Source: an uncultured Acidobacteriota bacterium (GTDB taxonomy: Bacteria; Acidobacteriota; Vicinamibacteria; Vicinamibacterales; CAVVIG01). Taken from it: a stretch of 64,000 bases of DNA. The position numbers and the translations under genes are program-made. Shown one piece after another: positions 20,873 through 32,042 of the stretch. The notes under the pieces were generated by a model, which worked only from the letters and a program-made list of their open reading frames with translations, was not told where the DNA came from and ran no database searches. The stretch covers positions 299,985 through 363,984 of the forward strand of contig CAVUXJ010000004.1 of NCBI GenBank assembly GCA_963745495.1, in the 5' to 3' direction. Position 1 is the stretch's first letter. Each line of letters begins with the position of its first letter.

Positions 20873-22292
20873 ATGAGGATCTCCGAGGCGCAATACTACG
20901 AGCTCATCGACGCAGTCGTTCGAGAGGGTGACCCCACACTCATCGTTGCACCTCTCTCGAGCACACCGGCCGAGGTGCCGGCCGGCTGGGCGCAACTCCT
21001 GACTTCTCCCGATCCCCGCGCCGCCATCGCCACACTGTGGCGGCCGGTGGCGGATCGTGTCCCTCGTATCTACCGCGGCTTGCAGGAGCGGCTCCACGGC
21101 GTCGGCTTGTTGCGTACCGACGAAATACCAGCAAGCCTGCTCTACTTCTTCAGCGACGGCGACGAATGGATTCCTTTCCGGGGACGTCCGCCGCTCGAGG
21201 AACGCGCGCTCCGACGGAGCCCCCTGCCCAAGGAATTTCTCGAGTTCTACCGAATCCATGACGGCTGGGTTCACCACCATTCCGAAGACAGCGGGCCGCT
21301 GCCGAGCGCTGGATGGTCTCCCGTGTCGACGTTGTGGAGCGAGGTCGTCTGGAAAGTGCCCCCGGGCGAAGAATCGTACGAGACGGCGATCGCCGTGTAC
21401 CGCGACAGCGACGATTTCGCGCTCGCGTACGACACGTCCGCTTCGCCCGCGTTGCCCTTGCGATGTTATGGCGACGGCACCGTGGACGTGCTGTTGGACA
21501 TGTGGGCGGCCGTCGACCGTGAGATTGGTGAGCTTCTCGAAGAGCTCGACTGGAGCGCGACTGCGAGCGGACGACGCGGCCGCTTTCGCGCGGATGCGTC
21601 GAGCACACATGTCTCTCGCTACCAGGAACTGATCGCACGGGCGGCCGAGTGTCACACGCTTGCCGCGCACCTGGGTGGCGGTAGCGCCGACGAGCAAGCT
21701 GCTGATCTTCTCCTGAATTGCGCGCGCCTTGAGAGGGAAGGCGCCGGCGACCGCGACAAGATCGTCGGTTACTACGGTCAGGCGCTGCGGCACTGGTGCG
21801 CGAGCATCGATCTGAGGTGGCGATGCAGGCCCGGAAGAGGTGCTGGACTGGTTCGGCGTCGCTCACGCATTGGGCGATGCACCAACCGCCCACTTCATAG
21901 CGGCTCTACCGACCTCGATCTGGGCCGACGACTCACCAGAGGCATTACAGGCCCGCACGCTGTTCTGTCTGTACCTCGGGGATGTCGAGAACGCGTCAGC
22001 GTTTGTCGAGGAGCTCCTGGGTGTGACCTTCGACGGCGAGTCGGCGCCTGAACCAGAGGCCGAGATCACCGCCTCGCTGCTCCAGGGGCTGAGCCAGAAG
22101 GATGCTGCGGCATACGCGCGGTGGCGGAAGCGAGCGGTTGACGAGCTCTGTGAGGGCAGCACGAATCAGAGGGCATTGCTTCCCTGGACTCTGAGACTGC
22201 GCGGCTTTGATGCAGTGGCTTCAAGACTCGGAATCGAAGGTCGTTCCTCGTCTCATGGGATTCCCACGAAACTGGCTCCACCTGATTCGTAA
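20873..22292 (+). CDS. SUKH (SMI1/KNR4)-domain protein with a helical C-terminal extension, one apparent frameshift near 21820
   Basis: LPKEFLEFYRIHDGWVHH ... AIAVYRDSDDFALAYD ... DMWAAVDREIGELLEEL is SMI1/KNR4-like. The C-terminal part is ORF 21840..22292. Confidence 0.6.
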
Positions 22293-22317
22293 CATTGCCC
22301 AAAACGGGGGTATCGCG

Positions 22318-22944
22318 ATGGGAAATGGCAAGTCACCGTCCGGCATCGACCTCGACACGCCGGGCCCGATCGACGACGGGACATTGGCGCGTATCGGGTC
22401 GCCTGAGCCGGGGCCGATCGGGCTCGACTCGAAAGGCGGCGACGCGAAGCAGAGCCAGCCGAGCATGGCCGATCGGATCGTGAGCTACGCGCGCCGGAAG
22501 CGCGGCGAGCGCGTCGGCGACGGCGAATGCTACACGCTGGTCAATCGCGCGCTGAGCGCCGCGAACGCCAAGACCGCCAGGGACTACGGCCCGGTCTCGC
22601 CTGACGCAGATTACATCTGGGGAACATCGGTCGCACTGACCGAGCTGCAGCCGGGCGACGTGATTCAGTTCCGCGACTACACGTTCAAGCGGGTGGACGT
22701 CACCGACGATGACTCTGGCACGACGACTGACGAGCAGGAGGGAGACCGCCCGCACCACACCGCCATCGTCCAGAGCGTGGACGGCAACGGCGCGGTCACG
22801 GTCTGGGAGCAGAACGCCCCCGATGGCTCTCCGGTCACGCGCACGCAACTGTTCTTCACCTCCCGAAGGACCACGAGCGGCAACCGCACCACGACGATCA
22901 CGGTGCGGGGAACGTTCTGGTTTTACCGTCCCGAGGCTCGCTGA
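22318..22944 (+). CDS. CHAP/NlpC-P60-type papain-fold hydrolase without a signal peptide; candidate T6SS amidase-type effector
   Basis: Start MGNGKSPSG preceded by a GGGGG RBS-like run. Candidate Cys nucleophile in VGDGECYTLVNRAL. Candidate His in GDVIQFRD...RPHHTAIVQSVDGNGAVTVWEQN, the CHAP-like GHVAIV...EQN pattern. The first ~50 aa are Gly/Pro/Asp-rich. Confidence 0.7.
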   Translation: MGNGKSPSGIDLDTPGPIDDGTLARIGSPEPGPIGLDSKGGDAKQSQPSMADRIVSYARRKRGERVGDGECYTLVNRALSAANAKTARDYGPVSPDADYIWGTSVALTELQPGDVIQFRDYTFKRVDVTDDDSGTTTDEQEGDRPHHTAIVQSVDGNGAVTVWEQNAPDGSPVTRTQLFFTSRRTTSGNRTTTITVRGTFWFYRPEAR

Positions 22945-23010
22945 CCACGCGGGCTGGAGGTCGAGCGAAGAAGCCCATTGATGATGGGCGGCGGCAGGCA
23001 ATCGATCGGG

Positions 23011-23797
23011 CTAGACGAGCTCAGGCGCCTGCTGACGTGCAATCTCGAGCAGGCGGCCCTTCAAGGGATCGCCCAGCGCGGCGATGTCCTCGACCTTGAC
23101 GACCTCCTCGAAGACGTCCATCCCGGTCAACTCGGCGCTCTCGATCATGACCGCGTCGGAGGGACGCTCCGTCGTGATCCCGATTCCAATGCGGGTGATC
23201 GGGAGCTCGCCGAACTGCGGGGACTTGCTGGTGGTCAACGGAAAGTGCAGCGCCTCGAACACCTGCATCAGCCCCGGCTCGCTCTTGGTGGCCAGATGCA
23301 TGACCAGATAGTTGAGCACGAACCGCTGAAGCTCCTCGACCGATCGCGCCTTGGCGTCCAGCAGCTCCTGCAGACGGGTGGGCGGAAAGTCGGTGTAGGT
23401 CAGCACCCACGTCAGCGGGCATCGCACCTTGATCCTTCTGCGTGTCCGCGCCCGACTGCGCGACATGGTAGTAGTCGAGCGGCGTGATCTCGAGGCCGAC
23501 GCTGGTAAAGCTCAACGGAGGGGCCAGCTCGCGCGCGAGGTTGTATGGTCTGGCCGTCGCCACCGTTTCGTAGAGCGCCTGCAGATCGCCGAAGGCCTTG
23601 TCCGATTTGCGGCTCGGTTCCTTCGGGCCGCCTTGCACGTAGTCTCCGAGCACCGCCTTCGGCCGCAAGAGCGGTGTCAGCGTCTTCAGGTACTCCGTCA
23701 TCTGCACTCGCACGGCGTCGGTGATGGCGCGAGTCAGTTTCCTGAGCACCAGGAGCGACTGCACGTTGTCGCGTCCGTTCATGTGTGAAGGCTCCAT
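23011..23797 (-). CDS. Hypothetical protein of unrecognised family, one apparent frameshift near 23430
   Basis: ORFs 23021..23827 (N-terminal part MEPSHMNGRDNVQSLLVLRKLTRAITDAV...LEITPLDYYHVAQSG) and 23011..23466 (C-terminal part KVRCPLTWVLTYTDFPPTRLQELL...LLEIARQQ) join into about 260 aa. Divergent from the kinase gene. Confidence 0.5.
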
Positions 23798-24005
23798 AGG
23801 GGGTAGCGTGCCACCCGGGGAGGGCACCGTGCTTCAAAGACCCGGCACAGACTATCGGCCGGCTGGCAGGCTTGTCAACGCACGCAGCCGGAACCGGAGG
23901 ACCGGCTCCGTGCGGCGGCCTCCCAGTGTCGCGACTGTAACGCGGGCGGCCTTTGGCGCACTATATTCAGATCCCGACGTGCTAGGATTCTTGAAATTCC
24001 TGTCA

Positions 24006-26445
24006 ATGCTGCCCCTTCCGTCCCGGATCAGCCGTTACGACATCAAGAGCCTCATCGGGACCGGGGGCATGGGCACCCTGTATCTTGCCAGGGACACCAA
24101 CCCGAACACGAACCGGCTCGTCGCCCTCAAGCTCCTCAATGCCAACCTGGACTCCGGCGACCTTCGAGAGCGATTCGCCCGTGAGGCCCGCGCCCTTGCC
24201 GCGCTGAACCACCCCAACATCGTCAACATCTACGACTCGGGCGAGTTCCAGGGTTCGCCGTTCATCGTGATGGAGTACGTCCGGGGCGAGACGCTCTCAG
24301 AGAAGATCAAGCGAAAGGCTCCGCTGTCGCTCGGACAGAAGCTCAAGCTGATGGGAGAGCTGTGCGCGGGACTCGGACATGCCCACGAGGCGGGCATGAT
24401 CCACCGCGACATCAAGCCGGCCAATCTGATGGTCGATCAGCACGGCCGGCTGAAGGTTCTCGACTTCGGCATCGCCCGCGTCTCGGAAGGCAGCTTTACG
24501 CGAGCGGGCCTGCAGGTCACTCAGTTCAACGTGCGGATCGGCACGCCCGGTTACATGTCTCCGGAACAGATAGAGACCGGCGAAATCGACCGGCGCAGCG
24601 ACATTTTTGCCGTTGGCGCGGTGTTCTACGAGCTGCTCTCGAACAGTGAAGCGTTTTCGGGCGCCAGCACGCGACAGATCGAAAACAAGGTACTGCAGGC
24701 GCAGCCTGCTCCTCTCACGTCGCTCGTTCCCGGCCTCGATCCAGAGATTGCCGCCATCGTCGCCCGCGCGCTGGAGAAAGATCCCGCCAGACGGTATCAG
24801 GATGCCGCGGCGATGGAGGAAGCGCTCGAGCAGCAACTGTGGCGTCTGGGCCGCCAGGACACTCCTGCACCGACTGAGCGTCCGACGCCACCGCCGCAGA
24901 GCGCCGGACGCAAGTCCCGAGACTCACGAGCGGACGTGGCGTTTCAGCGCTCGGCTGCATTCTATCGAGAGGGGGCGGTCGAGGCCGCCCGGCGGTTCGC
25001 GATTGAAGCGCTCGCCGAAGATCCGAATCACGAAGGCGCTTACACGTTCCTTGAACGGCTTGAACGCCAGGAACCGGATCGGTGGCCGATCCCGCGACCG
25101 TCGCTCCCCCCGCCGGCGCCGGGGACCGAGCTCAGAACAGCTATGGAGCCGCCCGCGCGGCAGCTGACGCCGGTGCCGCCAACCATCGTCAGCCCGCGCA
25201 GGGATTCTGGCGGCGTCTTCTTCGGCGAAGCGATCGCGGGAACCAAGGCGATGGCGACGAGCTATGGAGCCGCCACCGCAAGGCCGCGCTGGTCGCGGCC
25301 GTCGTCGCCGTCGCCGCCGGCATTGCGCTCGTCGTCATGCGCCTGCTCGGTGGCCCGGTGGTTTCCGGCCAGTTGCTCACCATTACGAAGCCGACCGGGG
25401 GGACGATTACCAGCCGCGGCATCAACTGCGGCACGACGGGGTCTGACTGCTCGACCACGCTTCCGAGTGGTGAGCCCGTCGAGCTCCAGACCCACGCTGA
25501 TGCGGGATTCATGTTCACCGGCTACACCGGCGACTGTCTCTCGACCGGCCGAACCCTCATGACATCGCCGAGAACCTGCGGCGGAACGTTTGCTCCCCTT
25601 CCTGATGTGCCTGCACAGGTGCCTCGTCTGCTGACCGTCACTCGGCCGAAGGGCGGCACGATTTTGAGTGCCGGCATTCAGTGCGGCACGCTCGGCTCTG
25701 ATTGTTCCGCGACCCACCCGGACGGAGAACAGGTCACGCTGTACGCGCGGGCAGACGAGGGCTTCACCTTCCAGGGCTTCACGGGGGAATGCGGCGCGAA
25801 GGGCCAGCTGCTCATGAGCGCTCCCCGCACGTGCGGCGCGACGTTCGCCCCCCGAGCCGTCCTCGACGCCGCCCAACAGCGCCCCGCAAGTCCCGCAGCT
25901 CCGGGTCCGGGGCGGCCGCCATCCGGAGGAGGGCGGGACGACGCGAGTCCGCCCCCTCCGGAGAACTTTACGTCTGCTCCCGCGCCTCCTTCCGAGCCGG
26001 CTGGCTCGGGCTGCCGCTGCCGGCGGCGGTTTTGAACGACCAACTAGGTTTCCCCGGTGCGACGCCTGCGCCGGCACCCCCGATTGCGCCGGAGGTCGTC
26101 GTGAAGACCAACGTCGACAGACTTCTCAAGGAGTACTGCTCCGCCTATGAGCAGCTCGACGTGCCGGGTATCATGCGAGTGTTCCCGACGGCGCCAGCCG
26201 CCGGGCTGAGGGACCAGTTCAGACAGTACAAGACGGCGGGGTGCGCGTTGATGGGGGCTCCGGAGTTCGTCTCGATGGACCCGCAGGCTGGGATTGCGAC
26301 GGTTGAAGTTGGCGTCAAGCTGACGGCGGAACTGAAGGTCGGGAGCGCGAAACCGCAGGAGACCATCGCCGTCGTGAGGGTGGTCCGGCCGGAGCCGAGA
26401 GGCCTGTGGCATATCGATAGCATGAGGTTTCGGCCTAAGAAATAG
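24006..26445 (+). CDS. Membrane Ser/Thr protein kinase with an extracytoplasmic tandem InlB-B-repeat-like pair and a C-terminal NTF2/SnoaL-like domain, 2 apparent frameshifts (about 25230 and 25990)
   Basis: Hanks kinase motifs GTGGMGTLYLA, VALK, HRDIKPANLMV, DFGIA, GTPGYMSPE. TM segment ALVAAVVAVAAGIALVVM. Two repeats LT(I/V)T(K/R)P.GGTI.S.GI.CG..GSDCS. C-terminal LLKEYCSAYEQLDVPGIMRVFP. Confidence 0.85.
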
Positions 26446-26523
26446 ACTTTTCGATACCTTCCCGTTGGGCTACCCCAACTATGGTAAGGTCGGCACCCCC
26501 GGACTCGCTGGCAGGAGGATAGC

Positions 26524-27610
26524 GTGCCGACGCGCGGACGCTTCGCAGACAAGCTCAAACGCTCGGCCCATCTCGGCATCGCCCTCCTTCAGGCCACAGC
26601 CAGCCGTCCCGCCGCACCGCTCAAGTTGAACTTCTGCCTGACGTACTGGTGTCAGTACAAGTGCAAGACGTGCAACATCTGGCAGCGCAAGCCCGAAGAC
26701 GAACTGACAACCGATGAAGTGATGGCGATCGTCCGCGAGAATCCGAACATCACGTGGGCGGACCTCACCGGAGGGGAGATTTTCCTCAGACCGGACATCG
26801 ACGACATTCTCGAGGCTGTCGTCACCGGCTGGCGGCGGCTTGCGTTTCTGCATTTTCCGACCAACGGGTTTCTCACCGATCGCATCGTGGCGGGCGTCGA
26901 GCGGATCGCGGGCCGGGGCCCGGCGAACACCGTCATCACGGTCAGCCTGGACGGCGACGAGCAGACCAACGACGAGATCCGTGGAATCAAGGGAGGTTTC
27001 AGGCGTCAGATCGAGACGTTCAACGCGCTCCGGCGTATTCCGGGAGTAGCCACGGTCTTCGGGGTGACGGTGTCGGCCTACAATCTCGGCCGATTCACTC
27101 AGACCTTCGACGCATGCGCCAGCGAATGTCCGGGTCTCACCATCGATGACGTCCATCTGAATATCGCGCAGACGTCCGGGCACTACTACGGCAACGACGG
27201 ATTGGACGCGATGCGGCCGGATCCGGTGAAGGTTCGCGCGGAGCTGAACGAGTATCGCCGGTTGAGAGGCCGCCCGCGCTCAGCCAAGAGGGCTTCTCGA
27301 GAACGTCTATCTCGGATATCTGGACAACTTCCTCCTCACCGGGAAGACGCCCATGCCGTGCCACTCGCTCCGCGCGAGCTGCTTCATCGACCCGTGGGGA
27401 GTGGTCTATCCCTGCATCACCTATTCAAGGCCAATCGGCCGGCTGCGAGACACGGGCATGCGTCTGGATCCGATCTGGAATGCCGTCGAGACCACGGACG
27501 TGCAGCGCGAGATCTGGAAGGGACAGTGCCCCCAGTGCTGGACTGCGTGCGAGGCCTACCAGAGCATCCTCGGCAATGTCCTCGCGGGGCGCTGCCCGAG
27601 CCAGCGCCTG
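26524..27610 (+). CDS. Radical SAM protein with a Cys-rich SPASM-like C-terminal region, 1-2 apparent frameshifts. The 3' boundary with the next gene is unresolved.
   Basis: GTG start after GGAGGA. CxxxCxxC cluster (WCQYKCKTCNIW), GGEIFLRPD, then after a frame change near 27290 MPCHSLRASCFIDPWGVVYPC...KGQCPQCWTACEAY. Confidence 0.7.
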
Positions 27611-28405
27611 ATGGGCCCACGCCGACTCGCGCGGGATCCGCGACCAGCCGAGGCCTGTCCGGTGAACGTCGTCTGCTTCACGGACTCGGTGATTCGGGCC
27701 CACCTGGACAAGGCTGTGGCCCATCATGTGGCGACCGACGTGTCGGTGGTGATCGCCGCGAAGCAGGAGGCTCCGAGCATCGCCGACATCATCGACCGGA
27801 CGCGCCGCTATGCCACCGAGATTGTCGTCGTCGATGGACACTCGACCGACGGCACGCCCGAGCTCGCGCAGCGAAGCGGCGCGCGCGTGCTCGTGGACGG
27901 CGGTCGCGGAAAAGGCGAGGCCATCCGTCGCGCCATCCCGCACATCCGGACACCCATCACCGTCTTCATGGATGCGGACGGATCGCACGACCCTGAAGAC
28001 ATCCCGCTGCTGGTCGAGCCGATTCTTGCCGGCCGGGCCGACCACGTCTCCGCGTCGAGACTCCGAGGGGGATCGAGCGAGTTGCACGGCGGGTTCGACG
28101 AGTTCTTCCGCCTGACCGGCAGCTCGTTCATCACCGCGTGCATCAACTGGCGCTTCAACTGCCGATTGAGCGAAAGCCAGAACGGCTTCCGCGCGATCCG
28201 GACGTCCGTTCTCCGTCAGCTCGACCTGCGCGAGGATCTCACCACGATCGAGCAGGAGATGATCATCAAGACGCTGCGCCGCGGCTTTCGGATGACCGAA
28301 GTGCCCAGCCACGAGCATCCCCGGCGTCACGGATCGTCTCACATTCGCGTCTGGCGCTGTGCTCCGCGCTATGTGCTGTCGCTGGTCAAATATCTGTTCT
28401 TCTGA
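27611..28405 (+). CDS. Family 2 glycosyltransferase (polyprenol-phosphate sugar synthase-like); the start is uncertain
   Basis: VSVVIAAKQEAPSIADIIDRT...EIVVVDGHSTDGTPELA...FMDADGSHDP (DxD-type)...SQNGFRAIR. It is in the same frame as the end of the radical SAM ORF with no stop between them, so a fusion or an unseen indel is possible. Confidence 0.7.
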   Translation: MGPRRLARDPRPAEACPVNVVCFTDSVIRAHLDKAVAHHVATDVSVVIAAKQEAPSIADIIDRTRRYATEIVVVDGHSTDGTPELAQRSGARVLVDGGRGKGEAIRRAIPHIRTPITVFMDADGSHDPEDIPLLVEPILAGRADHVSASRLRGGSSELHGGFDEFFRLTGSSFITACINWRFNCRLSESQNGFRAIRTSVLRQLDLREDLTTIEQEMIIKTLRRGFRMTEVPSHEHPRRHGSSHIRVWRCAPRYVLSLVKYLFF

Positions 28406-28435
28406 CGTCCTGTTCCATCGCGAAGCGTATATACC

Positions 28436-30178
28436 GTGAACGTACTTGGCATCTGGGACGGCCACGATTCTGGCGCGGCGCTTCTGCAGGACGGCCGTCT
28501 GCGATTTGCCGTGAACGAGGAGCGGTTGACCCGTCGAAAGCTCGAGGTGCGCTTTCCAACGCGGTCCATCGAGGCGTGCCTCGCGTACGCAGCTCTCGAG
28601 CCTGGGCAGATTGACGTCGTCGCGGCATCGACCGCCGATCCAGCCAAGGCGCTCGGCCGCTGGTGGCCCGGAAGCAAGGAACGGTACTACGCGGTGCGTC
28701 GCCGCAAGGCCCGACCCGGGCCCCTTTCGGTCCTCACTCGCGCGCTGAAGTACCGCATGACCGAATGGTCGCCGGGGCCTGTTTCGAAGACCCTCAGCCT
28801 TGTCGCGCTTCGCCGGACTCTCCGTTCGCACGCCCTTGGTGACGCCGAGCTCAGGCTGTTCGATCACCACGAGGCCCATGCGGCAGGCGCCGCATGGGCC
28901 GCAGACTTCGCGCCATGCGCCGTGGTGACGATCGATGGGTTGGGCGACGGACTCTCCGCCACCATTTCGTCGTTTCACGCCGGTCGCTTGACCCGCGTGG
29001 CCCGGTCACCTGCCCGCAGCTCGCTCGGCGTCTTCTTCGAGCATGTGACGAACCTCCTCAACATGCGCGAGCTGGAAGACGAGGGCAAAGTCATGGCGCT
29101 CGCGGACTATGCCGCGCCGATTGCCGACGAGGACAACCCGCTCTTGTCGTGTGTGCGCGTTCGCGACGGCGTCATCGCCACCGAACGGGCCGGCCATGCG
29201 CTCAGACGGGAGCTGGCGCGAATCCACTGGCGATATTCCAATGAGCAGTTCGCCTATCTCGCGCAGCGCGTCGTGGAACAGACATGCGCTGCGCTCGCGC
29301 GGGACGCCGTTCGTCTCACGGGCCTTCGGCGGGTCGCGTTGGCCGGCGGGGTGGTGTCCAATGTGAAGGCCACGCGGCGTATCCGCCTGCTGCCGGAAGT
29401 GGAGGACGTCTACGTCTTCCCGCACATGGGCGACGGCGGCCTTGCGGTCGGGGCCGCGATTCTCGCCGCGGCGCAGTCGGGAGAGCCGATCGACGTCGAC
29501 TTCGGTCGCCTCGACCTGGGACCTGATTACGACACGACGGCGATTCAGGCCGCGCTCCGCAATGCCGGTTTCGCGACCGCGACGATCGCGAACCTCGCCG
29601 GTCGCGTGGCCGACATGCTCGAAGAAGGGCGCATCGTGATGTGGTTTCAAGGACGCATGGAGTATGGCCCGCGCGCGCTGGGCCATCGCAGCGTCCTCGC
29701 GCGTCCGGATCGTCCCGAGTTGCGAGATCGCCTGAATCTCGCGCTCAAGCGGCGTGTCTGGTACCAGCCCTTCTGCCCGAGCATGCTCGAGAGCGAGGGC
29801 CGACGGGTGCTCGCCGACTGGACCGGCGGTCGCAACGACTCGATGACGATGGCGTACGAGGTGTCGAGCCGTTACCGCAGTCACCTGTCGGGGGTGATGA
29901 GTATCGACGGCACATGCCGCCCACAGCTTGTGGCAGACGATGCGTCCGGGGAGTTTGCAGAACTGCTGCGGGAAGCGCGCCGGCGGTGGGGCATCGGCGC
30001 CGTGCTCAACACCAGCTTCAACATCCACGGCGAGCCGCTCGTCTGCTCTCCTGTGGAGGCGATCGATGTGTTCGTCCGATCGGGTGCGGACGCACTGGCC
30101 ATCGGCCCATTTCTCGTCGAGCGTTCGGTCGCGGCTTCTACGGTAGCCTCGGGCGTCCCGCTCGGAGCGCGCGCGTGA
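28436..30178 (+). CDS. Carbamoyltransferase (NodU/CmcH family)
   Basis: Intact 580-aa ORF MNVLGIWDGHDSGAALLQDGRLRFAVNEERLTRRK...HHEAHAAGA...GLGDGLS...FNIHGEPLV. Confidence 0.9.
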   Translation: MNVLGIWDGHDSGAALLQDGRLRFAVNEERLTRRKLEVRFPTRSIEACLAYAALEPGQIDVVAASTADPAKALGRWWPGSKERYYAVRRRKARPGPLSVLTRALKYRMTEWSPGPVSKTLSLVALRRTLRSHALGDAELRLFDHHEAHAAGAAWAADFAPCAVVTIDGLGDGLSATISSFHAGRLTRVARSPARSSLGVFFEHVTNLLNMRELEDEGKVMALADYAAPIADEDNPLLSCVRVRDGVIATERAGHALRRELARIHWRYSNEQFAYLAQRVVEQTCAALARDAVRLTGLRRVALAGGVVSNVKATRRIRLLPEVEDVYVFPHMGDGGLAVGAAILAAAQSGEPIDVDFGRLDLGPDYDTTAIQAALRNAGFATATIANLAGRVADMLEEGRIVMWFQGRMEYGPRALGHRSVLARPDRPELRDRLNLALKRRVWYQPFCPSMLESEGRRVLADWTGGRNDSMTMAYEVSSRYRSHLSGVMSIDGTCRPQLVADDASGEFAELLREARRRWGIGAVLNTSFNIHGEPLVCSPVEAIDVFVRSGADALAIGPFLVERSVAASTVASGVPLGARA

Positions 30179-30296
30179 CGCACGCGGCATGCGGGTCTCC
30201 GACTTGTTCGCGGCGGCGAGCTCCTCGCCCTCACCGCTGCCTGGCTCCTGGCGATCGGCGCACTGCTGATGTGGGTGTTGAGACACCACCGGCGGC

Positions 30297-31923
30297 ATGC
30301 TTCGTGAGCAGCTGAAGAGCATCCAGTTCTGGTCGCTCGAAGCCTGCGTGATCCTGGGCCTCGCGCTCGGCGCCGTCGTCGCCCGCGATCACCTCAAGCG
30401 TCTGGGCCGGCGCGATCGACTGCGGATGGCCGGCCTGTCGGCGTTGGCCTTGGCGCTCACGCTGTTTGTCGCGCCGCGCACGAACCGCATCTACTACGAC
30501 GAGCAAATCTATCAAAGCATCGGACAGAACCTCGCGGATCTGAAATTGGCTCAAATGTGCAATGACGGCACGGTTGAGTATGGCCGTCTGCAGTGCTGGA
30601 GTGGCGAGTACAACAAGCAGCCGTACGCATACCCGCACCTGCTGAGCCTGGCGTACCGGGCGTTCGGCGTCAGGCCTGCCGCGGCTTTCGCGGTCAATGC
30701 GGTCGTGATGGCGATGACCGTCAGCATGGTGTACCTGCTCGCGCTCATGCTGTTCGACGATCGGCATCGCCGCGTTCTATGCCGGACTGCTCGTCGCTCT
30801 GATACCCGAGCAGCTCGTATGGTCCGCGACCGCCGCGGTCGAACCTTCGGCCTCTCTGGCCTGCGTCGCCGCGATGGCCGCCAGCATGCACTTCATTCGA
30901 TCGAGAAGCACGGTGGCGCTTGGCGGTCGCGGCGGTGTCGGCTGCGTATGCGATTCAGTTTCGACCCGAATCGCTGCTGGTTCTTCCAATCATCGGGTTG
31001 TTGCTGTGGCATCACGCGCGAGACGAATTCAGACGCGCCAGATTGTGGTGGCTCGGCCTCTTGTTCGTGGCGCTCGTGGCGCCCCACGTCGGCCACCTGT
31101 TCGCCGTCAGAAATGAAGGTTGGGGGGCCGCCGATGCGCCGCTGTCGCTTGGGCTACATCGCGGCGAACCTTCGGGTGAACGGGCGATTCTACCTGGGAG
31201 ACGAGCGTTTTCCGTTCATCTTCACGCTGCTCGCCCTCGCCGGTCTGTTCGGCCGCCGGTTCGCCACCGAGCGCGCTGGCGCTGCTCGCATATTTCGTGC
31301 TCTTCTTCGCGATCGATCTCTTGTTCTATGCGGGCAGCTACAACTACGGTGCCGATGTCCGGTATTCCCTCATGACCTATCCGCCCCTTGCCATCCTCGG
31401 CGGACTCGGTCTCGCGCGGATCGTCAGATGGGCCCATCGCGTCCACCCTGTCCTGCCCGCGCACGCGGCGGTGATCGCCGCGCTCGCGTTCCAGTTTCTG
31501 TGGTACACCCCGATCGTCCGTGCGACGACGGAGGAAGCGTGGGCGGCAAGAGCCGACGTCCGGTTTGCGAGATCGTTCGTTCCGTCTCTACCGCGCAACT
31601 CGTACGTGCTGACGCACAATCCCGGAATGTTCCACGTGTGGGGGATCAATGCCGGGCAGATGTCGCTGATTGTGTCGAACCCCAGCTACTTGGGCTATCT
31701 GACCAATCGCTATGCGGGCGGAGTCTACGTGCACTGGAATTTCTGGTGCAACGTTCAGGATCCCGTTCAGCGGGAGTTCTGCCGGCACGCGCTCGAGAAG
31801 AGTCCGGCGGAGATGGTCCGCGAGTACCGCGAACGCGATCAGCGCTACGCCATGTACCGTCTGGAGAGCGACGGCTTCACAGAATCACGACGCAGGCTCG
31901 AAGTAGGAGGAAGTAGGGCTTGA
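30297..31923 (+). CDS. GT-C fold membrane glycosyltransferase (ArnT/PMT, GT39/83-like), about 4 apparent frameshifts
   Basis: Multi-TM protein. IYYDEQIY, KQPYAYPHLLSLAYRAFGVRPAAAFAVNAVVMAMTVSMVYLLA is the typical N-terminal loop and TM pattern of ArnT/PMT-type enzymes. Followed through the frames of ORFs 30297, 30874, 30920 and 31297. Confidence 0.65.
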
Positions 31924-32042
31924 CTTCGAGTACAGGCGGTGCGACTATCATGCGCAGACTCCGCAGGGATCCCGAGATGCCCACATTGACGCCCATTGTT
32001 TTCAAGAGTCGGACGCGGCGGTTTCGATCTCGCGAGCGAGTG

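Noticed and set aside
27560-27680. A true radical SAM-GT2 fusion protein (continuous frame 27353..28405)
   Set aside because: It is possible but not adopted. The linker (AGRCPSQRLMGPRRLARDPRPAEACP) looks non-protein-like. Given the indel density, a missed stop or frameshift is at least as likely. The two parts are therefore reported as separate genes with an uncertain boundary.
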